This document shows, piece after piece, positions 11,801 to 24,120 of a DNA stretch of 52,487 bases. The stretch is from contig QPMI01000276.1 of NCBI GenBank assembly GCA_004431415.1, positions 1-52,487 of the forward strand, written 5' to 3'. The notes below the pieces were generated by a model. That model was not told where the DNA came from, did not search any database, and worked only from the letters and a program-made list of their open reading frames with translations. Position numbers and translations under genes: made by a program. This stretch comes from Cyanophora paradoxa CCMP329 (lineage: Eukaryota > Plantae > Glaucophyta). Each line of letters opens with the position of its first letter. The stretch's first letter is position 1.

Positions 11801-14630
11801 ATCTGCGGCCGCGGCGGACCGCGGTGCTGGCGGCTCTTGCGGGGGTCGAGCTGCGTGAAGAACTTGAAGAGGCGCCGCTGGTCCGCCTCCGAGATCCCCA
11901 GCCCGGCGTCTGCCGGGAAACCGCGTGAGGAGCGGCTGAGAGGCTTAACGGCCGCCTGCAAAGCGGGCGGGCCGGTGACGGTGACGCGGAAGAGGGTGCG
12001 GCCGTCTGCGTCGGGCGAGCCCTCCGCCTCCACCTGCGCCCCGCGGGGGGCCTCAGGCCCGGCCCGGCGCGAGCGGCGGGCGGGCCCGGCCCTTGTGAGG
12101 GCGCGCATGCACACCTCGAGGATGACGCGCCCCTCTTCGGAGAACTTCGTCCCGTCTGCGGCCCACTTTTGAGTGGCGATTCGAATTTCTGCGGAAATTC
12201 GGACACGGTTCGTGCGCGCGCGCACTGCCGACGAGGTTGATGGCCACCTGACCCGCCGAGGGCGTGATCATGAGCGGCCGCGAAAACCGCCTCGAAAGCT
12301 TAAGACGGGCAGGGTAGGGTGCTCGCGGCACCTGGCGGATGCGGCTCTTGTCGCTGACGATGAAGCGCGGCACACCAGCCTTCATCTGCGATGCGTCGCG
12401 GGCCGCGCTGCATCGAGCCCGAGAGCAAGACAAGCGCACGCGGAGTTGGAGGGCGAGGTTGCTCCGCGAGGCCACGGGCCACCTGCGCCCGCCCCCGAGC
12501 CCGTCAGAGGCGCGCACGCGCTGCGGGGCGGCCGGGGCTGCGGCTCGCATCATGTCCATGACCTCCTCGACCGCGGAGCGGAGGTCCATCGGGGCGACGG
12601 CGATGCGAAGCTGGTTCCCGCGCTCCACGGCGCTCGCGTCCAGCACCTCGCTCACCAGGTCCACCAGTCTGCCCCGAGCGACGTGAAAAGCAGAGGATGC
12701 GACGGGCTGGGCGGGGCGGACGCTTGGCCGCAGGAGCGGATGACGGAGAGGTACTCGCGCTGCTCGATGGCCGGCTTCATGTCCAGCAGCAGGTCAGTGA
12801 TCCCGATCACCGCCTGCATCGGCGTCCGCATCTCGTGCGTGATCACTGCCGCCGCAAGCGTCAGGGTGCAAATCAAAGGCGAGAGAAAACTGCAAGCGGG
12901 GTGCGAAACTCTGCAAGCGAGACGCGAAAATTGCAAGCGAGGCGCGAAAACTGCAAGCGAGGCGCGAAAATCATGCGGACCGGAGAGGAAGTCGGCCTTG
13001 GCGCGGGCGTCCTGCTGGGCCTGGAGACGAACGATGCGATTCAGCCCGCCGGGTTGCCGCGGTACAGCGTGCGGAAGCGTATCCGATCTAGCTATCGCCC
13101 ACCTGATGGGCGACGGAGGCGTGCGCCAGCGCGACCCCGACGACCTGCACATGTCCGGGATAAGGCGGGAGCACAGCTTCCGGCCGGCCCGGAGCTTTGA
13201 TTGCGCGTTTACGCACCTCGCAGACGTCCTGGAAGAGGGCGAGCTCGGCCGGCTTGAAGGTGCGCCCCGCCTCGTTCCACTTCACCTGCCGGCCGCCCTC
13301 GCTAAGGGCTCGAGGGCGACAGCACGCGCGGGAAGAGATTTGAAGGTGGAAGGGCAGGGGAGAGCGCTAGGCGTGCCCGCCGAGGCGGGCGGTGTCCCCT
13401 CTAGCGCGCTGCGCGCTCTCCGGGACGGCTAGAGGGGACACCGCCCGCCTCGGCGGGCACACCTAGCGCTCTCCCCTGCCCTTCCACCTTAAAATCTCGT
13501 ACAGCACGCGCCGGAAGCTGCAAATTAAGCTTCGCCGAGCTGCGCATGCTGCCCAATATCCAAACCGAGCGGGTGTGACGGCGGCGCACCGTGAAAATTC
13601 CGTTGATCTGCGCGAGGTGCCGTGCGTTACACATGGAGGGCGCGGCGCGAGCTGCAAGCGCGCAGTGCCGGACCTGGCCGCCGGCGACAGAGGTGCGGGC
13701 CAGCATGGATCGGACGCCCAGCTTCCGCATGGCGGCCACGGTGGCCTCGTCCGCCAGGCCCTCCGGCCCGTGCGGCTCCTCGCCCGCCCAGTCCTGCTCG
13801 CGTGCCGCGGGAGCCATGGTCAGCGGTACCGTCGATGTTGCAATTAATGCAAAACTGAATTTGAACTCGAAGAGGTTAATATCGATGTGCACTCGCCTGC
13901 GCCTTGAACAGGTCGGCGATCTGAACTGTCTCGTGCGGCCGCGATTTCGCCAGCGCCTGCGCGAAGTAAGACGCCGCGAAATAGAATTGGCTTCGAAATT
14001 CCTTTGCTTCGATCCCACTTTTGCGTGCGCATCGCGGCCCGCGCGCACCTCGAAGCGGCGGCTGAAGACGGGCCAGATGGAAGGGTCGGCCTCGTTCGGC
14101 CCGCCCTCGGGGCAGATGGCGACGTCCGCGACGCGGATCTCCCGCCCCTCATCCTGCAGCTGGTGCTCAAGGCACGCCCCGCTCGGCTGGGCGCTGACGG
14201 TCATGATCTCGACGACGTCGGCCCCGTACGCCTCCCGCAGCAGCTTTGCCGTCGTCTCGATCACCCTGCCGCAGGTTCGCACGCGCACGTTGGACCGAGG
14301 CCTTGGGCAACCCCAGGCGACGCACGCTTGTGCACGCACCTTTTACTTTCGAGCGTCGACCGGATGTCCTTCGTCATCGACCGCAGCAGCTCCGCACGCG
14401 AGAGCTGCGCCGAGCCTTCTCAAAACTTTTGACGCGGAATTCTCGAAGAAAGCGCACGCTTTACGTACCTCGCTCTGCAGAAGGTGGTTGCGCGACTGTA
14501 GCTTTCGAATCAAGCTGTCCTGCCCGATCTGCGGCAGCGGGCCAAGTTCGTTGTTCGATTTTCGGTGAGCGCACAGGTAGCTATAGATGTGCATATAGCC
14601 GAAGTGTCCTCACCACGTGGCCGATCTGAT
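8804..14630 (-). CDS. Hybrid sensor histidine kinase: GAF - HisKA - HATPase_c - receiver (multi-exon)
   Basis: H-box AKADFL..ITHEMRTPMQAVIGITDLL; N-box RIRQVAINLVG..TKFSEEG; G1/F/G2 DAGLGISEADQRRLFKFFTQ..GTGLGLFIS; receiver LRILFSED..FDLLLSDIMMPRMDGLE..YAIALS..AFLAKPV. GAF-like LGVRSML..GIFTVKWNEAGRTFKPAELALF precedes HisKA. Confidence 0.9.
12881..12970. repeat. Intronic minisatellite, ~20-22 bp unit x4
   Basis: Consensus ctgcaagcgaggcgcgaaaa, repeated inside the intron that splits the H-box region. Confidence 0.75.
13335..13498. repeat. Long inverted repeat (71-bp arms, 22-nt loop) in a histidine kinase intron; MITE-like or hairpin RNA
   Basis: 13335-13405 is the reverse complement of 13428-13498 with 2 mismatches. 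Confidence 0.9.
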
Positions 14631-14699
14631 CTCTGCGCATTCACACACTCGTGTCAAACAATATATAAATAAATAACTATCAGATCACGCAATAAAGCG

Positions 14700-17435
14700 T
14701 GCGCGAAATAAAGGCAGCTGAACGCGAAGGGCGGACGTGAGGCACTGGAAGATGGAGAGCTCGTGCTTGGAGAGGGTGCGCGGCCGCAGCCACCCGATTG
14801 TCACCAGGCCCGTCGCCTGTCAGCCCGGATAGAGCTGCGTCAGGGCCCGCGCGCGCAAGCGCCAACAACGTTGACGCAGGGCGCGCGCCTGCTCGGCGAG
14901 CTCGAGGGCGCGCTCGATCGCGCAGTGGACGCCGAGGGGCTCCGCCCACGCGACGATGCTCGCGAAGTCCTCCGCGGGGACCTGGCGAGGACCGCGCCCC
15001 GTCCGCCATCATGACCGCCCGCGCGCACGTGCCCGGCAAGCGGGCCCGCACCTCTTCCGCGAGGTTCCGGTAGAACGACGTGTGCGCGTCCATCGTAAGC
15101 GTCCGCTGCTCGCAAAACCGTGAACTCGAACGTTGGATCGCATGTTTTGCGAACAGTGATTCGAAGCGATCGCGCGCACCGCGACTCGGCGGAGGACGGC
15201 GGAGGAGTGTGGCGTGAGGACAGATTCCTCCACCTCCGTCGTGCCGGACCGGAGAAGGTACTGCGCAGAGCTCGTGATCAGCAGGCCGGTCGAGCCGGAG
15301 GCAGGACCGGAGGCGGGCCGGTCGGGCGCACGTAGCGCTCGACGGGGCTGCTGTTCGCCTCCTCGCCCTCCGAGACCGAGTGGATGGCAACGACGTCGGC
15401 CTGATTACGCATTGATTACGATTACGCATTACCCGGCCCATGGTCAGAATTATGCGAAAGCTAGTGAGCTCAAGGCGCAAAATCCGCGCGCGTTCAATCT
15501 CGCACCTGGAAAAGGTCCCGAATTCGCCCGGCCACGTCGCGGAGAATTTCGCGCAGGCTCAGCTGCCTGCACGGTTGCGAGAGTGGCTCAAATACATTAG
15601 GTACCAGCGATCCCGAAAGCACGCTGCGCACGCTCGCATGTCGCGGGCGATGTCCCGCAGGAGGGCCTCGCTCAGGAGCCAGCTCTCCAGCCGCGTGGTC
15701 CGCTCCGCCAGCTGCACGCACAGAAGCGTCAGCCGCAATCTGAATCGCGCGGGAAGCTTAAGAAATTTCGTTCATAATTATGCGAAAAACCGTCACCTGG
15801 CCCTGCAGTGTCTGAGCCCGCAAAGACAGCTCTTCGAGCGTCGCCGAGGCGACCGCCTGCATGCACGCGCACGTGCGCGCTCAGTCGAAATACTATGATA
15901 AGCATCGATCGCACCGACCCGCGCACCCGATCGCGAGTCGGGTCCTGCGCTTGCGCATGTTTGCCGGAAGCGACGAAGGAAAGCTCGACTGGCAGAGAAG
16001 TAAAGGGCATTCAGATCCAATTGAAAGTCACTGGAATGCGAATTTGATCCCGGAATCCGAGCGCACTCTCGGCGGCGAGGGCGGCGAGGGCGGTGCGGTC
16101 GATGGCGGCGCAGTCGCAGCCGAGGTCCTCGAGGACGCGGAGGAGGCCCTCCATCGGCCCCGCCCCCGCCACCGCCTCCCTGCCCCCGCCCCCGCCCCCG
16201 CGTTGCACATCAGCAACTCTGACGGGGCACGACCGGGCCGGGGCTGAGGGCTTCGGACCGGAGGGAGGGGCGCTTGCTCGGCTTCGGGGCCCCGGGCCAC
16301 GCCACCGGCGAAGCCGACTCTGCTGCCCGCGACCCACGCCGAGTGGACGGCTCCGAGGCCCACACGAGCGCAAGCGACATGCCGACTGCACGCGCGCAGC
16401 GCAAAAACGTCATTCGGGGCGCAATCGTGAGTCGACGCGCGCGGGAAACTGCGCGCGCACCGCAGTCTCCGACGGCTCCGAGGACGGCGCGATTCTCTGC
16501 AGTGAAGGGCCGGCCGGGCGCGCGCGAGTGGACGGCGACGAGGGCCCACGGCTGCGGCAGAATGTCGAACGTGCGGCGCGAAGCCTCAAGCTTTAATTAC
16601 ATAAATCATATGCATTTAGCTACTCACCGTGCCGAAGGCGGAGCACAGGCGCCAGATGCAGGACCCGGCGCCCACCTTCTCTGCGATGCTCGCCGCGCGC
16701 CCCGGCTCGAGCTCTCGGCCCGCGAGCGCCGCGCCTCCGTCGGGCACTTCGTAGATCGGATCGCGCTCGGAAAGGTTCGCCAGGGCCAGCTGCACCAGCT
16801 CTTCCGGATACTTGTCGCTGCGATATTAATTATATATAATATTGGTGGCGCGCGCGCGGTTGCAGAAATGAGAAGGCTAATGAGCAGAGCTCGTACAGCG
16901 GAGTATAGTTATGCAGGGCCTCGCGTGCATATGCGTACGAGATGACGGCTGCATCCGGAGAGCCCGCGGTGGCAACGTGGGCGCCGATGCCCACTTCAGC
17001 AGGATCGCAGTGCGGCGCCGGCGTAAGGTGCACGACGAAGGCGCTGTCTGCATTGAGCGTCTCTTTCAGTAACTCCGCCATCAGCCCGAGCTTGCATCTG
17101 AGGCCGCAATTGCAAGTCGCGTCATGATAAGCCGCGCGAACCGATCGCGAGCGAGATTGCGGTGTATCTAGCCGGCGACGCGGCCCGATTTTGCACAAAA
17201 ACGATCATTTATTGTCGAAAAGAGTAGTTCCGGCGTCGTTCATCGATATCCTCGTCCACGAGCGCACCCGAACGACGGCGCGCCCTGCTCCTCGCCGAAC
17301 GCAACATGCGCCTCTCCCGCTTTGTACTTGTGCATCGTGACGTTGCAAACGGTAGACGAGAGGCCGAGAAGCGCGGAGGCCTTTCGAGCGGCGTCCCGCG
17401 CGGCGCCATCGACATCGATGCCCGACTCCATCATC
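14700..17435 (-). CDS. Probable upstream exons (further GAF-like sensory domains) of the same kinase, or an adjacent gene
   Basis: Exon-like segments with splice sites, e.g. LLKETLNADSAFVVHL and LLSEALLRDIARDMR, resembling GAF N-terminal helices. Confidence 0.45.
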
Positions 17436-17773
17436 TGGAAATTCGCGCTGCGAAATCGAAATTCGAAAGCCGCGGGGCGCGCGGCGCCGCACGATCGACA
17501 GCTCGCCGACCTTCCTTGCGGATATGAGACTCCAGCTAGAGGAGATCTCGGAGGGGGGGGGGGGGGGGGGAGGGGGGGGGGCTCTAGATCTACGTATATA
17601 TACATGCTCCCTCTAGATCCCGGCGACCTCTAGCTATAGATTTCTAGATCTAGCGTTCCCCCCTTTTGATTCTTCCCCTCGAGTTTCTCTTGCGGAGTCC
17701 GGCTACGCACCACGCATGCACAGATTCGAATTCAAAGAAATTTCAAAGCAGGGTCCGGGGTCCGGCGGGCGGG

Positions 17774-19686
17774 CTACGCGTGGGGGACGATCTCGGCGAG
17801 GGCCGCGAGCCCCGCCGCCAGCCGCCGCGCCGCCTCCGCGCACCGCTCCCGCCCCTGGTTCCCGTACGTCACCTGGCCCCGGCCCCTCAGCGGCGCCGGC
17901 TCGGCGGGGAGAGAGGGCGGAGCGCACGCGGACGTGGCCGGGGGCGCCAAAGGCCGAGCCCGGCGTCACGAGCACGCCGTGGTCCTGCCGCCCCGCCCCG
18001 CCCCGCCCCGCCGGCGTCAGATGGCTCCGGGCGGTGCGGGGTGCGGCGGGGCGACCTCGGCGAGGCGGGCGACGGCGGTCGCCTCGTCGAGGCCCCGCGG
18101 GAGGGGTACCAGGAAGTAGATCGCCCCCGCCGTCCGCACCTGCGCCCAGGGAAGTGGGCGGGGCGGCCGGCGCGGGGCGGCGCGAGCAGGAGAGGGGCGG
18201 CGCACCGTCCCCGCCGGCTCCACGGCCGCCCACACCGCCTCCCGGTTCGCCCTAACGTCTGCCGGCGCGCGGCGGGCGGCACTCGGCTCGGCTCGTGGGG
18301 CGACGCGGCGCGGGGCAGGGCGGGGGGCTGCAGGCGGGGACCGTACCGGCGAGGCGGGCGGCGAGCCAGGCGGGGTCCTCGCGCAGGCAGGCGAGCGCCG
18401 CCCGCTGCGCCGCCACCGTCGCGCACGTCGGGATCGTGTCCTGGATCTGGGGTACGGGGTTCGCGGAGCGGCGCGGGGTAGGGGGCGGGGCACTGTAGGG
18501 GGCGGGGGGCGGCGGGCCTTCTGCATGTGGATGGAGAGGCGAGGGGGGTACGCGATCCAGCCGACGCGCCAGCCCGCCATCCCGTACGATTTCGAGAAGG
18601 AACCTATGTGGACGACCTGCGGGGTACGCGGCGTCGCAATAGATGGGGAATGGGGGGGTGGGGGGAGCCGGGGGTACGGGGCGGCCGCACGTGGTCGCCG
18701 CGCGGGGGGCAGTGGACGGCGCCGTCGTGGACGAAGTCCTCGTAGCTGCGGGGGGGAGTACGTGAATATTCTCCTGGGGGGAGAGGGGGCCGGGGGCGCG
18801 GGTGCGGGTCCCGGGCGGACACTTCGTCGGAGACGAGCCAGACGCGGCGGCGGCGGCACTCCTCCTCGAGGGCGCGGACGGTGGCGGGGGGCAGGCAGGC
18901 GCCGGAGGGGTTGCCCGGGGTGACGAGGACGAGGGCGCGGGTGCGGGGGGAGAAGAGGGCGGGGAGGGCCTCGAGGTCGGGCTGCAGGTCCTCGGGGCGG
19001 AACGGCAGCACGCGCGGCGCCACGTTCGCCAGCTGCAGCGCCATCATGTGGTCTGCCCCCGCCTCAGCGCCCCCGCACCCGCGCGCCGGCTCCGCCCGCG
19101 TCGCGGCGCGGCGCACTGAAGTAGTAGGGGGCCAGCAGGATCGCCTGCGGGGCGGCTGCATGGGTGGCCGCGCGCGGGCGGGCGGGGCGCGGGCCGGGTC
19201 GGCGGACCTCGTCTCCCGGATCGCAGAGCGCGAGGACGGCGTTGACGAAGGCCTGGTTCGCCCCCGCCGTCACCATCACCTCCTTCCCCACGACGCCTGC
19301 GCCCGCGCGCGGCTCACGACCGGCGCCGGCGGCGCGCGAGGGGAGCGGCGTACGCGCACCGCTGCGCTCCTCCATGCGCCTAGCGATGGCCTCGCGCAGC
19401 TCGGGGAGACCCAGCACGGCCCCGTAGCGGTGCGTCGACGGCTCGCTCGGGCAGCTCGCCGCCGCCGCGAGCGCGGACGGCGGAGGGCCCCAGAAGGCGA
19501 ACCCCTGCGCGCGGAGAGACGATCGCGCGCCGGAGAAGCGAGCGGCGGTCCCGCGCTGACCTGCGCCATGCTGATGATCCCCGGGAGCGAGCCGTACCGG
19601 TCGAGCACCTGCTCGATCGCCGGCAGCTCCGTCTCCTGCACACGCCGCGAGGGACCCGGCTCGCCTGGCTCGCCCGGCTCGCCCAT
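17774..19686 (-). CDS. PLP-dependent class I/II aminotransferase, ISS1/VAS1-like aromatic aminotransferase
   Basis: ISMAQG, RYGAVLGLPELREAI, VMVTAGANQAFVNAVLALCDPGD, LAPYYFNH, VTPGNPSG, WLVSDE, IGSFSKSYGMAGWRVG (PLP lysine), KIQDTIP, VLVTPGSAFG. Confidence 0.9.
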
Positions 19687-19927
19687 TTCGATTCGCTGCG
19701 CGGGGTACGCTGAATTAGGCAACGAGGCGACCCAACTGGACCGTCCGGAGGAGCGAGGCGCGCCGCCGGGCGATCTTCGGCACCGCGCATAATCGGCTTC
19801 TTGTGTCTAGCAGCCGACAGGAGCGTCCGGGAGGCGCGCGGGAGCAGGCGCCCGGGAGCGCCACCGCGGGCGCGGCGAGGCTGCGAGGGCCGGCGTGACA
19901 CGCGCCGCCTCATCGCCGCTCGCCGCG

Positions 19928-20599
19928 ATGCTGCCGTTCCTGCCGTTCAAAAGGTTCGCCGGCGGACGCCACGCCGCCGCCAACGCGCGGCTGAGCGACC
20001 GGCATTCGCCGCGCAGGAGCAAGAAATGCACGAAGCTCGCTGAGGACTGCAACAAGGCGCTGGAGCGCGCGCAGTTCTGGCAGGAGCAGTGCAAGTGCGG
20101 GCGGCCTCGGATTCGAAGTCGCGGGCCGTAGCGCGGGCCGGGGCCTCACGATGGCGGGCCGCAGGTACGCGACGGAGACGTGCAAGCTGGTGCCTTCGAC
20201 GGCGCCGCCGCCGATCGAGGACCTCGCCTCGGGCATGGGCCGCCGCTACGAGGCCCGCCGCGCCGCCCCGCCCTGCCCCGCCCCGCCCCGCCGCCCCGCC
20301 CCGCCGCCCGCGCTGACCGCGTGGGCGGGCCCCGCGCAGAACTGGCCGTCGCAGGTGTGCAGCTACAGGAGAGAGTACTGCGCCCGCGCCTTCCGCGAGG
20401 CAAGCCGCCCCCGCAGCGCCCGCCCCGGGCCGCCGCGGCGCCGGCCGACCGGCGGCGGGCGGGGCGGCAGATCGAGCAGTCGAACGCGGAGTGCGACCGG
20501 GCGACGCGCTGCATGCGGCTGAACCTCATCGAGCGCGGCATCCTCACCACCCGCCGCTTCCTTAACCAGTCCGAGTACGACTTCCTCCGCTTCCTGTAG
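19928..20599 (+). CDS. Small hypothetical Cys-containing protein (~125 aa, 5 exons), divergent from the aminotransferase
   Basis: Splicing yields MLPFLPFKRSKKCTKLAEDCNKALERAQFWQEQCKYATETCKLV...RRFLNQSEYDFLRFL*. No recognised domain. Confidence 0.6.
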
Positions 20600-21079
20600 C
20601 CCCCGCCCGCCTGCTCCCCCTACCCGCCCCGCCCCCTCCCCCGCCCCCTCACCGCGCACCGCCACTCTCCTCGTCCCTCCTCCGGGGACCCCCCAGGCCC
20701 CGGCCCGCGCCGCTCGTCCAGGCCGGCCCGCCCCGGGCCCTCTCCCGGCCCTCCCCGCATTCTGAGTCCAACCCCCTTCTTCCCACGTCCGCGAGCCCGT
20801 GTGCGTCCCTCGCCCGATTGGAGTTCCTCTTCTAAGCTTGCATGTATTACGCTACTCGGGCCGCGCGTGACAGCCAAAAAGGGGGCTCGATCTCCGGCGC
20901 TGCGGGGGGCGCGGGGAGAAGGAGCTGCTGCGCGCTGCACGCGCTCCGCGGTCGGTTGAGGTCGAACTGCTAATGCGAGTGCTCGCGGGGGAGCGGGGGA
21001 GAGACGGGGGGGCGGCCGAGGCCGGGCCGGCCCCGCGCCGGGCACGGGGGTTTGGAAGGAGGAGGACGCCCGGGGCGGC

Positions 21080-23860
21080 CTAGTGCGGGGTCGAGCCGCG
21101 CTTGAGCGACGACGGGAACATCTGCGCAGGCGGGGGTGGGGGGGTGCGGCGCGGGGCGGCTGCGGGGGAGGGGGGGAGGGGGCGCGGCGCACGTAGCCGG
21201 AGCGGAGGGAGTGGGGGATGGAGCCGACGTGGCCCTCGCGGCGGCGCAGGAGCCCACGAAGTCCTGCGGGGCACAGGGCTCGCCCAGGGTACAGCGAGGG
21301 CGGGGCCCGGCCCGGGGGGGGGGGGGGGGGGTAGCGGGACCTGGAGCCGATGCGGTGTGGCTCGGGCTCGCGGCTGGCGGCGGGGCCGACTCCCGCGGGC
21401 GCCGCGGCTCCTCGCTCCTGCGCGCGCGCCGGCGCTCAGCGGGGCCGGGCAGGGCCGGCCGGCCGGCCGGAGCGGGGCGGGGCGGGGACGGGGGCGGGCG
21501 GACGGGCGGCGGAGACGGCGATGGAGACGGCGGCGGCGGGGCGCGAGGGCGCCGCGGGGGCGCCGCCGGCGCCGCCGTCGCGTACTTCGTCGCCTCCGGC
21601 TCTGCCCCGAGCCTCAGCCGCGGGACGGGGGCGGGGCGGGGCGGGGGGAAGGCGCGCACCCTTCTCGCCGGCGCTCGAGTCCTCTGCGCGGGGCGGGGCG
21701 GGCCGGTTAGCGCGGGTCGCGCCCGGGGGCGCGGCGGGGCTGGGCGGGCCGGAAGGGGCCGGACCCTCGGAGTCGGCGACGAGCTCGCTGCGGTTGTAGA
21801 CGATCGTGCCCGTCACCATGATCACGAACCCGAGCTGGGCGTGGCGGGGCGGGAGGGAGTCAGGCGGCGAAGGCAAGAAAGGGGAGGCGGGGGGGCGGGG
21901 GGCGGGGGCGGGGGCGGGGCTCGCCAGCTGGGTGAAGGAGCCGTGCCCCCACTTCTCGCCGTACTGGCCGTGGGAGACGACGTAGTACAGGGTGAGGCCG
22001 ATGAGCCAGGCCGAGAGCGTCCGCATCGTCTCCAGCAGCATCCGGTGGATCGCCGACAGGCCCTGCGTCACTGCGCGGCACGTCGGACGCGCGGGATAAG
22101 GGGGAGGGGGCCGGGGCGGGGGCGCCAGGATCTGGATCGAATCCAGCCCCCCGGGCGGGCGGGCGGGCGGGCGCACCGCACATGGCGAAGTAGTTGTAGA
22201 GGAGCGTCGCCACCGTGTCCAGCAGCTGCGCCGGCCCGCCCCGCCCCGCGCTCGGCGAGGCGGCGGGGCGGGGCTCGCGAGGGGCGGGGCGGCCGGGGCC
22301 GGGGGCGCACGCCGAGGCCGATGAGGGCGCCGCTGTTGGCGATCAGCCGCATCGAGTCGAACGAGTTCTCGAACGAGCCCTGCGCCGCGGGGCGGGCGGC
22401 GGGGGAGGGGCGAGGGACGAGGGTCGGAACGGGCGCTCTTTCGGGGGCGGGCGGGGGTAGGGGCACCTCGTCGGAGCCCGGGAGGTACTGGGCGAGGGGC
22501 AGGGCGACAAGGAGGCAGATGGCGGTGCCGTAGATGCCCTCCCACCCCACGATCTCCAACGGCTCCATCTGCACGCACGCGCCGAGTGAGCGAGGCGCGC
22601 CCCCGGCCATCCGGGGGGACGGGGCGGGGCATGCGGGCGGGCCTCGATGTGCTGGAGGAGGTACTCCTCGATGACCATCTGCGAGGCCTGCACCATCTGC
22701 CTGCGCCGGCCTCGACCTCCCCGGAGCGCCGAAGGAAGGGAGGGGCAGGGAAGGCGCACGAGACGAGGATGAGGCCGATCCCGAAGTACTGCTTCGACCG
22801 CGCCTCCTCCGTCTGCGCCGCGCGCCCCGCGCGAGGTCGGCTGGGCTGGGCTGGGCGGCGCGGGGCGGCGCGGGGGCGGGGACGGGGGCGGGGGGGCACC
22901 GAGACGCCCTCGCTGCCCTCGGCGTTCATGCCGCCGGCGATGCCGACCAGCGTGATCCCGATGACGCACAGCACCAGCCCTGCAGCGCGCCGGCGGCCGT
23001 CAGCGGCCGGAGCGGGCGGACGGGCGCGGCGGCGGGGCGGGGCGCGCCGGTCCAGTTGTACTTGTCGAGGCGACGCCCGAGGAAGATGATCGAGAAGATC
23101 GCGCAGAAGACGAGGTTCGCCCCCGACAGCGTCTGCCCGAGGCGCGGCCGCCCCGCCTCAGGCGCCGCCCCAGCAGGCGGGGCGGGCGGGCGGGCGGGTC
23201 GGCACCTGGTTAATGGAGACGGTCGCTGCGAGGGAGCGTGGTGAGGCGGGGGCGCGCTCGGGGGCAGCTGCGGGGCGGGGCGGGCGGACTGTAGACGAGA
23301 CCGGACATCATGAGGAGCGTCGCCGTGAGGTCCGCGACGGCGGGGATGAGCGCCAGGAACACCTGCACGCGCCCCGCCGCTCGCCCACGACCGAGGCGCG
23401 CTGGCGCCCCCGCGCCCCGCGTACGCGACGGTGGTGGTGCTTGTGCTTGGGCGTCTCCGGCCGGTCCGACACCTCGACGCTCTTCAGCGGCTGCCGCTCC
23501 GGGTCCGCCGCCGAGCGACGCTCTTGCCACTGCTTGAGCCGCAGCAGCGGGAAGCAGAAGCACATGCCCGCGAACATCGTCATCGTCAGGAACCTGCGGT
23601 CGCGCCCCCCCAAGCACGTCAGCGCGCCCCACGAGCAGCGCGCGCGTGCACGCGCTGACCATGGCTTCTCGAAGTTCTTCGGCTGCCCCGAGAGGCCAGT
23701 AGACTTGACCTGCGCTGCGTGTGAGCGCGCCCCGCGAAAAGGCGAAAAGGCGCATGCGCAGGGCGCCCCGACGCGCCTCGTAGATCAGCTTCGCCGTAAG
23801 GCTAATGGTAGTACCGAAGGCCAGGAGGCCCGCAATTGGGAGCAGAACGCTCTTGCCCAT
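21080..23860 (-). CDS. SLC35F6-like nucleotide-sugar/DMT-superfamily transporter
   Basis: NFEKPWFLTMTMFAGMCFC, LIPAVADLTATLLM, FCAIFSIIFLGRRL, QASQMVIEEYLL, PLEIVGWEGIYG, GLSAIHRMLLETMRT, QLLGFVIMVTGTIVYN. Confidence 0.88.
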
Positions 23861-24120
23861 GTTTCGTCTTTCCAGGGGTCAGAATGCCGAGGCGTGCTCT
23901 CCGACGCTCAAACGGGCGATACGTGCGTAATTCGGGACGCTCCCCCGCGCGCTCGCTGCTGGCCGATCGCGGCTCCTGCCCTCTCGCGCGTAGTTGCCGT
24001 GTACCCGGCACGCGCTCGCCCCTGGGTCCGGCATCGTCTTCTCAGCAGCCGGCGCAGGCGAGCGCAGGCGAGCTAGCATGAAGGCATAGGCTTCTCACCA
24101 ACCGAATCAGGCGAGCTCGC

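Noticed and set aside
13000-17435. Phytochrome
   Set aside because: GAF-like segments lack recognisable DIP and chromophore-Cys-His motifs.
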